DNA of 64,000 nucleotides. Source: Candidatus Deferrimicrobiaceae bacterium (GTDB lineage Bacteria; Desulfobacterota; Deferrimicrobia; Deferrimicrobiales; Deferrimicrobiaceae). The position numbers and the translations under genes are program-made. Below are positions 1 through 10,202 of this stretch, piece after piece; the first letter of the stretch is position 1; each line of letters starts with the position of its first letter. The notes beneath the pieces were generated by a model. It worked only from the letters and a program-made list of their open reading frames with translations, ran no database searches and was not told the DNA's origin. The DNA lies in assembly GCA_963792415.1 (NCBI GenBank), contig CAWBVY010000006.1:416001-480000 (forward strand). The letters run 5' to 3'.

Positions 1-1536
1 CTCCAGCCGGGACTCGATGACCGTGCCGCGGGCGAACTTCGTCGGGTTCCCCTTGAGGTCGAGGACGTCCGCCTGCAGGAGGACGATTTCGAGGAGCTCG
101 TTGATGCCCGTCTTCTTCTTCGCGGAGACGTTCGCGTAGAGCGTCTGCCCGCCCCACTCCTCGGGATTCAGGCCGTGGTCGGAGAGCTGCTGACGGATCC
201 GGTCGGGCTGGGCGCCCGGCTTGTCGATCTTGTTCACGGCGACGACGATCGGCACCCCCGCCGCCTTGGCGTGGTCGATCGATTCCACCGTCTGCGGCAT
301 CACGCCGTCGTCCGCCCCTACGACGAGAATGACGATATCGGTCACGGAGGCGCCCCGGGCGCGCATCGAGGTGAACGCCTCGTGGCCCGGCGTGTCGAGG
401 AAGACCACCCGCCGGCCGTTATGCTCCACTTCGTAGGCCCCGATGTGCTGGGTGATCCCGCCCGCCTCCGACCCGGTGACGTTGCTCTCCCGGATGGCGT
501 CGAGCAGCGTGGTCTTTCCGTGATCGACATGCCCCATGATGGTGACCACCGGTGGCCTCGGCTGGAGGTCTTCCGCGCGGTCCTCCTCCTGGTCGATCAA
601 CCTCTCCACCTCGGGGGCGACGTTTTCCACGACGAAATCGTACTCCTGCGCGAGAAGCGCGGCGGTGTCGGCGTCGAGGAGCTGGTTGACGGTGGTGGGC
701 ATCCCCAGCTCGATCAGCTTCTTGATGACATCGGCGGCCTTGACTCCCATGCGATGGGCCAGGTCCCCTACGGTCACGACCTCCTCGATCTTCAACAGCC
801 GCTTGCTTGCCTTGGGCGGGACCGTCGACGGGGCCTTCTTCTCGCGTACGGGCCGTCCCCCCCTCCTCTTCGCGGCGCGGCCTGGCTGGAACTGCCGCAC
901 CACGACCTCGGACGCGGGCGTGGCGCCCTCCGCCTTCTTCGCGTCGGCCTCCGGCTCGGCGAGGACTTCCTGGATGATCGTCTGCTTGAGCACCGCCTTC
1001 TGCACCTTCTTCTCGTGCGGTCTCGTCTTCTTCCACTTCTTTTCCTTCTCTTTCCGCACATCCTCCGGCTTGGGGGGGACGGCGGGCTTTTCGATCACCC
1101 GAACCGTCGGTTCCGGGATTGGCGGCTCGATCATCGGCTCGGCGGCCTTTTCCGGCGTCGGTCCCGCAGGGACTTCGGCGGCGACGACGGGCTCGGCGGC
1201 GGGCGGCGGCTCCCCGACGATCCCGGAAGGCGCGGGCGGCTCTTCGGCGGGCGGCTCGGGCGCGGGGGGCGGGGTCGGAGTCCCGCGGCGCAGGATCACA
1301 TTCTTGGAACGGCGCTCCAGCACCCCGTCGGAGCGGGTCAACGTGGTGGTGCGGGGCGGAGGCGGGGGCGGAGCGGGTTTCCGGAAGTGGGCCCTGACCC
1401 GGTCGATCATCTCCCCCTCGAGATTGCTGGACGCCGACTTCCCCTTGACACCGATCCTCTCTAGGAAGGCCAGGACCTCCTTGCTCGTTTCCATCCCGAG
1501 TTGCTTGGCCAGATCACGCACGCGAACCTTGTCCAT
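1..1536 (-). CDS. infB: Translation initiation factor IF-2 (N-terminal part; runs off window start)
   Basis: Reads [21 protein letters not shown] from ATG at 1536; G-domain motifs [32 protein letters not shown]; follows rimP-nusA-ylxR. Confidence 0.97.
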   Translation of the reverse strand, partial: MDKVRVRDLAKQLGMETSKEVLAFLERIGVKGKSASSNLEGEMIDRVRAHFRKPAPPPPPPRTTTLTRSDGVLERRSKNVILRRGTPTPPPAPEPPAEEPPAPSGIVGEPPPAAEPVVAAEVPAGPTPEKAAEPMIEPPIPEPTVRVIEKPAVPPKPEDVRKEKEKKWKKTRPHEKKVQKAVLKQTIIQEVLAEPEADAKKAEGATPASEVVVRQFQPGRAAKRRGGRPVREKKAPSTVPPKASKRLLKIEEVVTVGDLAHRMGVKAADVIKKLIELGMPTTVNQLLDADTAALLAQEYDFVVENVAPEVERLIDQEEDRAEDLQPRPPVVTIMGHVDHGKTTLLDAIRESNVTGSEAGGITQHIGAYEVEHNGRRVVFLDTPGHEAFTSMRARGASVTDIVILVVGADDGVMPQTVESIDHAKAAGVPIVVAVNKIDKPGAQPDRIRQQLSDHGLNPEEWGGQTLYANVSAKKKTGINELLEIVLLQADVLDLKGNPTKFARGTVIESRLE

Positions 1537-1547
1537 CCACTCCCCCT

Positions 1548-1850
1548 CTACGTTTTCAACCCGTCCCGCCGCGATGCGGCCAGACGGTCCGCCAGTTCCT
1601 TGCCTGCGACGCCCATCTTCCAGCGGGCCCCGCCCTTCGGCGTTCGAATCCTCGCCGAGAACCGCTCGACGCACTCCCCGACGGGGCAGAGATAGATCCC
1701 CCGTCCCGGCAGCCTCCCCCCGGGATCGGGCGTCCAGCCCATTCCCGGTTTCCCCGCGATCCGGAGGAGCCCGCCCTTATCCTGGACGGCCCCGCACTGC
1801 ACGCAGGTGCGCTGCGGTCCCGGACCGCTACTCCTTGGGGGGCTCGGCAT
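1548..1850 (-). CDS. ylxR: YlxR/DUF448 family RNA-binding protein
   Basis: PQRTCVQC...LLRI...GRGIYLC motifs; between nusA and infB; ATG at 1850 preferred over ORF-track start 2003. Confidence 0.85.
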   Translation of the reverse strand: MPSPPRSSGPGPQRTCVQCGAVQDKGGLLRIAGKPGMGWTPDPGGRLPGRGIYLCPVGECVERFSARIRTPKGGARWKMGVAGKELADRLAASRRDGLKT

Positions 1851-3138
1851 CCTTCGGGGCAACGTCCAAACCTTCCTTCGCGCCCGCATCACTCGCAGCG
1901 CCGGGCGCTTCGGAGGGCAAGCCTTCCGCCGGAGGAGCTTCGGAGGGCTCGCCCTCCTTCGCCTCAACAACCGTGCCCGCCTCCGCTTCAACACCCGTTC
2001 CATCCGATGGAGGAGCTTCGGAGGGCTCGCCTTCGGGCGGCGGCACTTCCGAACCCGCGTCCTCCGGCTTCTTCGTGAACAGTCCCTCCGCCCGCTTCAG
2101 AGCGTCCTCAACCTGCCCCTCGGCCCGCACCTCGATGTGCCAGCCGACCAGCTTGGATGCGAGCTTCACGTTCTGCCCCCGCTTCCCGATGGCGAGAAGC
2201 AGCTGCTCCTCGGGGACGACCACTTCCATGCTCTTTCCGGACTCGTTTACCAGCACCCGGATGATCTCGGCCGGCTGAAGGGCGTTGCAGACGAACCGGG
2301 CGGGGTCCTCGTCCCATGCGATGATGTCGATCCGCTCCCCGCGAAGTTCCTGCACGACGCTCTGCACCCGGGACCCCTTCATGCCGACGCACGCGCCTAC
2401 GGGGTCGACGTCCCGGTCCCTGGAGCGCACGGCGATCTTGGTCCGGAATCCGGGCTCCCTCGCCACGCTGAGGATGGAGACCACCCCCTCGTAGACCTCG
2501 GGAACTTCCTGTTCGAAGAGCTTCAGGATCACCCTCGGGTCGGCCCGTGAAAGAAGAATCTCCGGCCCCCGGGAGGTCTTGGTGACGTCCTTGATGTAGG
2601 CCCGGATCCGGTCGCCCTGGCGGTACCGTTCGCGGGGAATCTGCTCCGACGGGGGCATGATCGCCTCGGTCTTCCCGAGATCGATGACGAGGCAGTCGCG
2701 CTCGTACCGCTGCACGATGCCGTTCAGGATCTCCCCCTTCCGGCCGATGAACTCGTTGTAGATGACCTCGCGCTCCGCATCCTTTACCTTCTGCATGATG
2801 ATCTGGCGCGCCGTCTGGGCGGCGATCCGCCCCAGGTCCTTCGTGCTCAGCCGCTCGCCGAGGCTGTCGCCCAACTGCGCCTCGGGGTCGAGGACCTGCG
2901 CCTCCTCGAGGGTCATCTGCGTGTCGGGGTCTACGACCGTCTCCGTCGCCGTGCGGAACGAGAGGATCTCGAACTCCCCGGTGTCGAAATCGTAGGTCGC
3001 CTCGAGAATCTTGTTCATCCCGTACTTCTTCCGGGCGGCGGTCTCGAGGGCTTCCTTGATCGCCGCTATGATGACGGCCTTGTCGATCCCTTTTTCCTTG
3101 CCCAGCTGGGCAATGATCTGTCCCACGTCCAGGATCAT
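1828..3138 (-). CDS. nusA: Transcription termination/antitermination factor NusA with acidic low-complexity tail
   Basis: GRIAAQTARQ, S1 domain, AREPGFRTKIAV, DPVGACVGMKGSRVQ, AIGKRGQNVKLA. Confidence 0.98.
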   Translation of the reverse strand: MILDVGQIIAQLGKEKGIDKAVIIAAIKEALETAARKKYGMNKILEATYDFDTGEFEILSFRTATETVVDPDTQMTLEEAQVLDPEAQLGDSLGERLSTKDLGRIAAQTARQIIMQKVKDAEREVIYNEFIGRKGEILNGIVQRYERDCLVIDLGKTEAIMPPSEQIPRERYRQGDRIRAYIKDVTKTSRGPEILLSRADPRVILKLFEQEVPEVYEGVVSILSVAREPGFRTKIAVRSRDRDVDPVGACVGMKGSRVQSVVQELRGERIDIIAWDEDPARFVCNALQPAEIIRVLVNESGKSMEVVVPEEQLLLAIGKRGQNVKLASKLVGWHIEVRAEGQVEDALKRAEGLFTKKPEDAGSEVPPPEGEPSEAPPSDGTGVEAEAGTVVEAKEGEPSEAPPAEGLPSEAPGAASDAGAKEGLDVAPKDAEPPKE

Positions 3139-3617
3139 CGCGTTTTCTTTCCCTTCCCGAAGAGTTCTTCCTGCGTCACATCCAGGTTTGCCTTCCGGAT
3201 CTCCCCGTACGGCACCCGGTACGTCGTTCCGTCCGCCACCACCCCGATCCCCTCGCCGTCGCAGCCGGAGAGTTCTCCGACGAGGTGCCGCCGGCCCTCC
3301 CGCGGCGCCGCGAGGGTCACCCGGACCCGCTTCCCCAGGGACCGCTCGAAATGTTCCGGCCGCCGCAGCCGCCGGGTAACCCCCGGGGAGGAAACCTCGA
3401 GCACATAGGGGCCGTCCATGGGGTCGTCGACCTCGAGGATCGCGCCGAACCGGCGGCTGAACGCCGCGATGTCGGAAAGGGGAACCCCGCCCTCACGCTC
3501 CACGAATACCCGCAGGATGGTCCTCGGACCTTCCCGCACGATATCGACGTCGAACAGGGAAAGGGAGAGATCCCGGGCAACTTCCCCGGCCAGCGCCTCG
3601 ATCTTCAAGGTGTCCAT
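3135..3617 (-). CDS. rimP: Ribosome maturation factor RimP
   Basis: YVLEVSSPG motif; first gene of the nusA-infB operon; start at ATG 3617 (MDTLKIE). Confidence 0.95.
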   Translation of the reverse strand: MDTLKIEALAGEVARDLSLSLFDVDIVREGPRTILRVFVEREGGVPLSDIAAFSRRFGAILEVDDPMDGPYVLEVSSPGVTRRLRRPEHFERSLGKRVRVTLAAPREGRRHLVGELSGCDGEGIGVVADGTTYRVPYGEIRKANLDVTQEELFGKGKKTR

Positions 3618-3632
3618 ATCCGCAGGAAAAGG

Positions 3633-3658
3633 AAAAAAAAAGTGGGCTCCAGCCCACA
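3633..3658 (-). terminator. rimP leader hairpin with U-tract (attenuator-like terminator)
   Basis: Minus strand GTGGGC-TGGA-GCCCAC-TTTTTTTTT about 15 nt upstream of the rimP start. Confidence 0.75.
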
Positions 3659-3720
3659 GATCCAAGCCCCAAACCCCATCATACTACAGGGAAACCGGCG
3701 TTCCCCACAACATATTTCTT

Positions 3721-4653
3721 TTACTCCCGCAGGAGGAGCGTCCCCCGGTAGTCGTCGAGGCGGAAGATCTTCTCCCGGACGAAAAAATCCCGGATCCCGT
3801 CGACGATCTCGATGCACGCGTTCGGGTTGCGGAAGTTCGCCGTCCCCACCTGCACCGCGGCGGCGCCCACCAGCAGGAACTCGAGCGCGTCCCCGGCGCT
3901 CTGGATCCCGCCGATACCGACCACCGGGATCTTCACCGCCTTGCACGCCTCCCACACCATCCGAAGCGCCACCGGCTTCACCGCAGGGCCGGACAGGCCT
4001 CCGGTCACGTTGGAAAGCATCGGCCGGCGCGTCCGGGGGTCCACCGCCATCCCGACGATGGTGTTGATGAGGGTCACCGCGTCGGCCCCCGCCTCCTCGG
4101 CCGCGCGCGCGATCGCGCCGATGTCCGACACGTTCGGAGACAGCTTCACCCACAACGGCTTTTCCGTGGCGGCACGCACCCGCCGGGTGAGTCCGGAAAG
4201 CCCCTCGGGGTTCGAACCGAAGGCGATCCCCCCCTCCTTCACGTTGGGGCAGGAGGCGTTCACCTCGATCGCCGCAAGCGCGGGGAGATCGGAGAGCCGA
4301 CGCGCCACAGCCTCGTACTCCTCGATCGTGCGTCCGTAGATGTTCGCGACGTACACGGCGCCTGCGTCTTCCAGACGCGGCGCCACATCGTTCACGAACC
4401 GTTCGACCCCGATATTCTGCAGGCCGATCGCGTTCAGCATCCCCGCGGGGGTCTCCACGATCCGCCCGGGGGGGTTGCCCGGCGTCGGGAGGAGGGACAG
4501 GCCCTTGACGATCACCGCCCCCAGTCGCGAGATGTCGTAGAACGGCACGAATTCCAGGCCGTATCCGAAAGTACCGGAGGCGCTCATCACCGGGTTCTTG
4601 AGGAGCACGCCCCCCACCCGCGTGGAGAGGTCGGGGACCACGGAGTGCGTCAC
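3721..4653 (-). CDS. pyrD: Dihydroorotate dehydrogenase B, catalytic subunit
   Basis: KNPVMSASGTFG, NAIGLQN, NASCPN, KLSPN, GGLSGPAVKP; GTG start 4653 overlaps pyrK stop. Confidence 0.95.
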   Translation of the reverse strand: MTHSVVPDLSTRVGGVLLKNPVMSASGTFGYGLEFVPFYDISRLGAVIVKGLSLLPTPGNPPGRIVETPAGMLNAIGLQNIGVERFVNDVAPRLEDAGAVYVANIYGRTIEEYEAVARRLSDLPALAAIEVNASCPNVKEGGIAFGSNPEGLSGLTRRVRAATEKPLWVKLSPNVSDIGAIARAAEEAGADAVTLINTIVGMAVDPRTRRPMLSNVTGGLSGPAVKPVALRMVWEACKAVKIPVVGIGGIQSAGDALEFLLVGAAAVQVGTANFRNPNACIEIVDGIRDFFVREKIFRLDDYRGTLLLRE

Positions 4654-5468
4654 CAGACGACCTCCCTCGCGTCGAAGACCGGTCCTTCCCTGCAGATCCT
4701 TCGGTACCCGGACTTCTCGCCGTCCCGAATCGCCGTGACGCATCCCCAGCAGACGCCGAAACCGCACGCCATCGAACTTTCGAGGGACACCTGAACCCGG
4801 ATGTCGAGGGGGAGGGCGAGTTCCGCGACGGCCTTCAGCATCGCGTGGGGCCCGCACGCGAGGATCGAGACGCGCGCCGCCCCGGACGATTTCCGCCGGT
4901 CGATCCGCTCCCGGAGGGCCGCGGAGACGGTCCCGAAGAAACCCGCCGTCCCGTCGTCGGTGCACAGGTGCACCCGGCCCGGCACGGCCCCGCCGGGGAT
5001 CCACTCCGCCGGGGGAAGCTGGTCCCGGGACCGCGCTCCGAGGAAGATCTCGAAGTCGACCCGTTGCCCCTCGAGCGACACCGCTGCCGGGAAGACGCTG
5101 GAGAAGCCAACACCGCCTCCCACCAGCCACCAGGAACGTTCCTCGCCGGGGAACTCGAAACCGTGTCCGAGCGGAAGCGTGAGGGCGAGGGGATCGCCGG
5201 CGTGGAGGCCGGACAGGAGGGCCGTACCGCGTCCGACGACCTTGTACACGAACTCGACGGTCCCTTTTCCCCGAACGCCGCCGGAGCGGAAGATCGCAAG
5301 AGGCCGCGGCAGAAGCGGATCGTTCCCCGGCCACCCCGAGACCATCGCGAACTGGCCGGGTACGAAGTCGATCCGTTCCGGGACCGCCACCTCCATCCGG
5401 TAGAAGATGCCGCTCCCCGTGTTGTGAAGGATCTTTCCGTGGACGAACCGGGGGTTAACGTGCGGCAT
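4650..5468 (-). CDS. pyrK: Dihydroorotate dehydrogenase electron transfer subunit
   Basis: PGQF, GGGVG, ACGP, MACGFGVCWGC..RICREGPVF [2Fe-2S] motif; adjacent to pyrD. Confidence 0.92.
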   Translation of the reverse strand: MPHVNPRFVHGKILHNTGSGIFYRMEVAVPERIDFVPGQFAMVSGWPGNDPLLPRPLAIFRSGGVRGKGTVEFVYKVVGRGTALLSGLHAGDPLALTLPLGHGFEFPGEERSWWLVGGGVGFSSVFPAAVSLEGQRVDFEIFLGARSRDQLPPAEWIPGGAVPGRVHLCTDDGTAGFFGTVSAALRERIDRRKSSGAARVSILACGPHAMLKAVAELALPLDIRVQVSLESSMACGFGVCWGCVTAIRDGEKSGYRRICREGPVFDAREVVW

Positions 5469-5913
5469 CGCTCTCCCGTACCTCCCGATCGAGAATGACG
5501 GCATCCTCTCCCGTGTCGGTGTAATACCCCTTCCGGATCCCCCGGAACGCGAACCCCATCGAGCGGTAAAGCCGGTGCGCGGCCTCGTTTCCGGCGCGCA
5601 CCTCCAGGAAGATCAGCGAAGCCCCCGCCAGCGCCGCGCGTCGGATGCACTCGGACAGGAGGGCCCGGCCGATCCCCTCCCTCTGCCGCGAGGGGTGCAC
5701 GGCGATGTTCAACAGGTGGGACTCCCCCGCGATGGTCCAGCAGACGGAGTATCCGAGGACCTCGTCCTCCGTCCCCGCCGCGACCAGGGTGTCGGAGAAT
5801 TCGCGCGGGAAATCCTCGAGGAACATCTCCCGGGACCACGGCGTCGGGAAGGAACCCTCCTCGATCGCCATCACGCCGTCGAGGTCCGACGGGACCATCT
5901 CCCGGATCCGCAC
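5455..5913 (-). CDS. rimI: Ribosomal protein S18-alanine N-acetyltransferase
   Basis: SFPTPWS, LLNIAVHP..QREGIG, LEVRAGN..A..LY, RKGYY..EDA. Confidence 0.9.
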   Translation of the reverse strand: MRIREMVPSDLDGVMAIEEGSFPTPWSREMFLEDFPREFSDTLVAAGTEDEVLGYSVCWTIAGESHLLNIAVHPSRQREGIGRALLSECIRRAALAGASLIFLEVRAGNEAAHRLYRSMGFAFRGIRKGYYTDTGEDAVILDREVRESDAAR

Positions 5914-5922
5914 GTCGCCGCG

Positions 5923-6915
5923 CTACCAGCGGAGGAGCGTCGAGGCCCAGGTGAATCCGGATCCGAACGAGGCGAGGCAGACGATGTCCCCCTCCCGGAT
6001 CCGGCCCTGCTCGACGCACTCGTCGAGCGCGATCGGAATCGACGCCGCCGTGGTGTTCCCGAACCGCTCGACGTTGGAGAACACCTTTCCCTCGGGCAGC
6101 TGGAGGGCGGCCCCGACCGCCTGGGTAATGCGCATGTTCGCCTGGTGGGGAATGAGAAGGGAGAGGTCTTCCACGGTGAGGCCGTTCTTTTCGAGGGCCT
6201 CCCGGGTAACCTCGGGGAAGCGCCGGACCGCGTGGGTGAAGACGTACCGGCCGTTCATCTTCGGGAAATGTTTCCCGGCGTCGATCATCTCGTGGGTGAT
6301 CCAGGGGTTGTCGATGAAACTTGGCCCTTCGACCCACAGCTCCCTGGCGTATTTTCCCTCGGAATGGAGGTGGGAAGAGAGGATCCCCCTCCCCGGCTCC
6401 GCGGGGCCGACGACGACCGCCCCCGCGCCGTCCCCGAAAATCACGGCCACGTCGCGCCCTTTCGTGCTGAAGTCGAGCCCGGTGCTGTGCACCTCGGCGC
6501 CGATCACCAGGACGTGGTCGTGGAAACCGCCCTTGACGTACGCCTCCGCCACGGAGAGGCCGTAGACAAATCCGGTGCACTGGTCGCGGACGTCGAGGGC
6601 GCCCACGGTCCGCATCCCGAGCCGCTCCTGGACGAGGACGCCGTTCCCGGGGAAGACGTGATCCGGCGAGAGGGTGGCGAAGACGATCAGGTCGATTTCG
6701 TCCACCGCGATCCCGGAGTTCGCGATCGCCTTGCGCGCGGCTTCGGTGCCGAGGTGGGACGAGCCCGTCCCCGGATCGACGTACCTGCGCTCCCGGATCC
6801 CGGTGCGCTGGACGATCCACTCGTCCGACGTATCCATGAGACGTGTCAGTTCCTCGTTCTTCACCACGCGGGGGGGGAGAGCCCGCCCCGTGCCGAGGAT
6901 CCGCGCTCCGCGCAT
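5923..6915 (-). CDS. fabH: 3-oxoacyl-ACP synthase III (FabH family)
   Basis: DTSDEWIVQRTGIRERR, catalytic Cys in DQCTGF, FGDGAGA, PHQAN, GNTTAAS, FGSGFTW; start ATG 6915. Confidence 0.9.
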   Translation of the reverse strand: MRGARILGTGRALPPRVVKNEELTRLMDTSDEWIVQRTGIRERRYVDPGTGSSHLGTEAARKAIANSGIAVDEIDLIVFATLSPDHVFPGNGVLVQERLGMRTVGALDVRDQCTGFVYGLSVAEAYVKGGFHDHVLVIGAEVHSTGLDFSTKGRDVAVIFGDGAGAVVVGPAEPGRGILSSHLHSEGKYARELWVEGPSFIDNPWITHEMIDAGKHFPKMNGRYVFTHAVRRFPEVTREALEKNGLTVEDLSLLIPHQANMRITQAVGAALQLPEGKVFSNVERFGNTTAASIPIALDECVEQGRIREGDIVCLASFGSGFTWASTLLRW

Positions 6916-6929
6916 TCCCGCACCCTCCG

Positions 6930-7469
6930 TCACAAGACCAGCACGGCCGCTGCCAGGACCGTGGTGTACTCGTCCTTGACGATCGCCGACTGCGTGAAGT
7001 TGAAGGAGCGGTAGATCTTCCCGCTGATCTTCCACACCTCCCGCTTCTCGTCCCAGCTCCTGTCCTCGTCGAACTCGACGCCGAGCGTCGACGCGAGCAT
7101 CGCCGCCGCCAGGTCCTCCGCGTAGTCCCCCGCCACCTTCTCGTTCTGCCCGAAGGCGTGGTGCTCGCTCAGGTATCCGTACACCGACCGGTCCGAGGGG
7201 AGCGCGCACCCGATGGAGGCGGCGACCAGCCGCCGCGGTTCGTCGCTGCAGCAGCGGCTCATGACCACGAAGACGATCTCGCCGGGGGCGAGGAGCGCGA
7301 GTCCCTCCTCCTTCTTCACGATCTTGCACTTCGGCGGGAAGATGCTCGACACCTGGACGAGGTTGAACTTCTGGATCCCGGCGTCCCTCAGGGCGAGCTC
7401 GAACGAGGTGAGCTGCTCGCGGTGGCGGCCGACCCCCTTGGTAAAGAAGATCTTCGTGGGAACGGGCAT
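6930..7469 (-). CDS. pdaD: Pyruvoyl-dependent arginine decarboxylase
   Basis: [23 protein letters not shown] (Ser-Ser self-cleavage site), GYLSEHH; next to agmatinase. Confidence 0.9.
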   Translation of the reverse strand: MPVPTKIFFTKGVGRHREQLTSFELALRDAGIQKFNLVQVSSIFPPKCKIVKKEEGLALLAPGEIVFVVMSRCCSDEPRRLVAASIGCALPSDRSVYGYLSEHHAFGQNEKVAGDYAEDLAAAMLASTLGVEFDEDRSWDEKREVWKISGKIYRSFNFTQSAIVKDEYTTVLAAAVLVL

Positions 7470-7482
7470 GCCCGGATTCTCC

Positions 7483-8373
7483 TTACTTCCCGGACTGGCG
7501 CGCGACGAGCCAGCCCATCAGGCGGTAGCAGAGGCGCGCAGCCAGGTAGTCCGGCGCCGCCATCCCCGCGATCGGGGCAAGTTCCATCACATCGAACCCG
7601 ACGATGTTCCGGTTGGAACGCATCACGTCCCGCAGGATGTCGATCCCCTCGAACCAGGAGAGCCCGCCGGGCTCGGGCGTGACGACGGCGGGCATGATCC
7701 CCGGGTCGAACACGTCAAGGTCGATCGAGATGTAGACGTTCTCCGAGAGGGAACTTACGACTCCCTTCGTGACGTCGGCCACGTTGTCCCGGACCTCGGA
7801 GGCGTAGAACGTCTTCACCTCCTCCGACTTTTTCAGGAAGCGGTCCTCCTCCTCGGACATGCTCCGGATGCCGACCTGGACGAGACGGGCCCCCGCCTCG
7901 ACGATCCGCCGGCCGACGCACGCGTGGTTGTGCGGCGTCCCGAGATACGAGTCACGAAGGTCCGTGTGGGCGTCGAACTGCAACACGGTCAGGTCTCCGT
8001 ACCGCTTCCGCAGGGCGACCACCGCCCCCACCGTTCCGGAATGCTCCCCGCCGAGCAGTACCGGGATCTTCCCGGCCCGCACCGTGGCCTTCACCCGCCG
8101 CTCGACTTCCTTCTGGGCCGCGACCGGCCCCGCCAGGGAGACCAGGACTTCCGTGGAGACGAAGATCCCGGCCCGGTACGGCTCGATCTTGTTCTCTTCG
8201 TCGAACAGCTCCATGTGGGAGGAGGCGTCGAGGATGGCGCGCGGGCCGTTCCGCGTTCCCGTCATGTACGACGTGGTCATGTCGACCGGGAACGGGATCA
8301 CGACGAAGGCCGCGGTCTTCCACGACGCGTACCTGCCGGATATCCCACCGAACGTGACGGAATATGGGATCAC
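7483..8373 (-). CDS. speB: Agmatinase
   Basis: Ureohydrolase motifs [25 protein letters not shown]. Confidence 0.92.
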   Translation of the reverse strand: MIPYSVTFGGISGRYASWKTAAFVVIPFPVDMTTSYMTGTRNGPRAILDASSHMELFDEENKIEPYRAGIFVSTEVLVSLAGPVAAQKEVERRVKATVRAGKIPVLLGGEHSGTVGAVVALRKRYGDLTVLQFDAHTDLRDSYLGTPHNHACVGRRIVEAGARLVQVGIRSMSEEEDRFLKKSEEVKTFYASEVRDNVADVTKGVVSSLSENVYISIDLDVFDPGIMPAVVTPEPGGLSWFEGIDILRDVMRSNRNIVGFDVMELAPIAGMAAPDYLAARLCYRLMGWLVARQSGK

Positions 8374-8425
8374 GGTGAAGACCTCCTGTGAAACGGTTGG
8401 GGTGAGGCGTGCCGTCCGGCAGATT

Positions 8426-10189
8426 CTACCCCGGCAGCGTTCCCCCGCACAATACCGGGTCCCCGGCCGGTCTCGCGTCCCTCAGCATAAGCTGCAGCGA
8501 ACGCGCGCCGCGATAGACGTTTTCCTGGACGCTGAAGAGCAGGTCCGAGCGGCCCGAGGCGGAGACGGGGATCTCCGTCCGGCGGAACGCCACGCCGGAA
8601 AGACGCCGCCCGTCCCCCTCCACCGCGAACCGGAGGTGTCGTCCCCCCGCCCCGATCCGCGAGATCGCCGCGACGCGAACGTCCGGCAGGAGGAACAGCG
8701 GCTCCTCGTTCCCGACGCCGAAGGGGCGCAAGCGGTCGAGATCGGAGAGAAGATCCGGGGTGATCTCGGCGACGCGAAGTTGCGCGTCGATCGACCAGCG
8801 CCGGACGAAGGGGGTCTCCCGCGCGTGGCGTTCGGCGATCCCCGCAAGGCCGTCGCGGAAGGCGTGGAGGTGCTCGAGGGAGAGGGCGAGGCCGGCCGCC
8901 TGCGCGTGTCCGCCGTAGCGAAGGAGAAGATGGGACAGGCTGGACAGCGCCGAAACGATGTGGAACCCCTCGACGCTGCGGCACGACCCCTTGGCCGCGC
9001 CGTCCTCCTCCTGAAGCAGCACGACCGGGCGGCCGTACCGCTCGAGGACCTTCGAGGCGACGATCCCGAGCACCCCGGCGTTCCAGTCGGGGTCCGACAG
9101 GACGATCGCCGGGGGGATCTCCCCCGCCGCCGCGAGGGCGGCTTCCACGGCGACGACGATCCGCTCCTCCTCCCGCTGCCGCAGCGCGTTGTCCTCGTTC
9201 AGTTCCCGGGCAAGGCGGGCGGCGGCGTCCCGGGATTCCGACACGAGGATCCGGGAACTGCGCGTCGCGTCCCCGACCCGGCCCGCGGCGTTCAGTCGCG
9301 GCCCGACCCGGAAACCGAGATCCGTCTCCGTCGCTGCGGCGTGCGGGACGCCCGACGCCTCGAACAGCGCTTCGATCCCCGGACAGGGCGACTTGCGGAT
9401 CTCCCGGAGCCCCTCCCGGACGAGGAGCCGGTTCCCCTCCCGGAGGGCCGCCATGTCGGCGACCGTGCCCAGGGCGACCAGATCGAGGTACGGCCGCAGC
9501 GGCGGCTCCGCCAGGAGCCCGAATCCCGCGATCTCCCGCACCGCCTTGCGCAGCGCGCACACGAGCAGGAAGGCGACCCCCACGCCCGCCATCTCCTTCC
9601 CGGGGAACAAGCATCCGGGCTGCATCGGGTTCACGATGGCGAACGCCTCCGGGACGGCTTCGCCCGGGAGGTGATGGTCCGTCACGATCACCTCGACCCC
9701 CTCCCGGACCGCCTCCCGAACGGCCGCGACATCGGAGATCCCGCAGTCGACGGTAACGACGAGGCGATACCCTTCCCGCGCGGCGGGGGCGAGGACGTGC
9801 GTCTGCAGACCGTAGCCGTCCTTGCGGCGGTCGTTCTGGTGGATCCGTACGGGGAGCTCGGGGAAGATCCGCTTCAGGAAGAGGTAGAGGCAGGCGGCGC
9901 CGGTGGCGCCGTCGGCGTCGTAGTCGGCGTAGATGAGCAACGGTTCCCCGCGCGACCCGGCGACCGCCAGCCGTCGCGCGGCCTTGTCGACATCCTTGAG
10001 GAGGGAAGGGTCGGGGAGATCGGAGAGTGTCCCGACGAGGAAGCGTTCGACGTCACGCCGTTCCACGACCCCGCGGTTGACGAGCACCTTGGACGCCGCG
10101 GGGACCAGGCCATGCCGGGTCGACAGATCCCGGACGGCGTCCGCATCGGGGGAGCGGAGGATCCACTCCCGCTTCGCTGCCCCTTTCAA
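8426..10189 (-). CDS. recJ: Single-stranded-DNA exonuclease RecJ
   Basis: DYDADG, TVDCG, TDHH, GTVAD, PRLNAAGR, GGHAQAAG, PFGVGN. Confidence 0.96.
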   Translation of the reverse strand: MKGAAKREWILRSPDADAVRDLSTRHGLVPAASKVLVNRGVVERRDVERFLVGTLSDLPDPSLLKDVDKAARRLAVAGSRGEPLLIYADYDADGATGAACLYLFLKRIFPELPVRIHQNDRRKDGYGLQTHVLAPAAREGYRLVVTVDCGISDVAAVREAVREGVEVIVTDHHLPGEAVPEAFAIVNPMQPGCLFPGKEMAGVGVAFLLVCALRKAVREIAGFGLLAEPPLRPYLDLVALGTVADMAALREGNRLLVREGLREIRKSPCPGIEALFEASGVPHAAATETDLGFRVGPRLNAAGRVGDATRSSRILVSESRDAAARLARELNEDNALRQREEERIVVAVEAALAAAGEIPPAIVLSDPDWNAGVLGIVASKVLERYGRPVVLLQEEDGAAKGSCRSVEGFHIVSALSSLSHLLLRYGGHAQAAGLALSLEHLHAFRDGLAGIAERHARETPFVRRWSIDAQLRVAEITPDLLSDLDRLRPFGVGNEEPLFLLPDVRVAAISRIGAGGRHLRFAVEGDGRRLSGVAFRRTEIPVSASGRSDLLFSVQENVYRGARSLQLMLRDARPAGDPVLCGGTLPG

Positions 10190-10202
10190 GCCCCCGCCCC
10201 GG

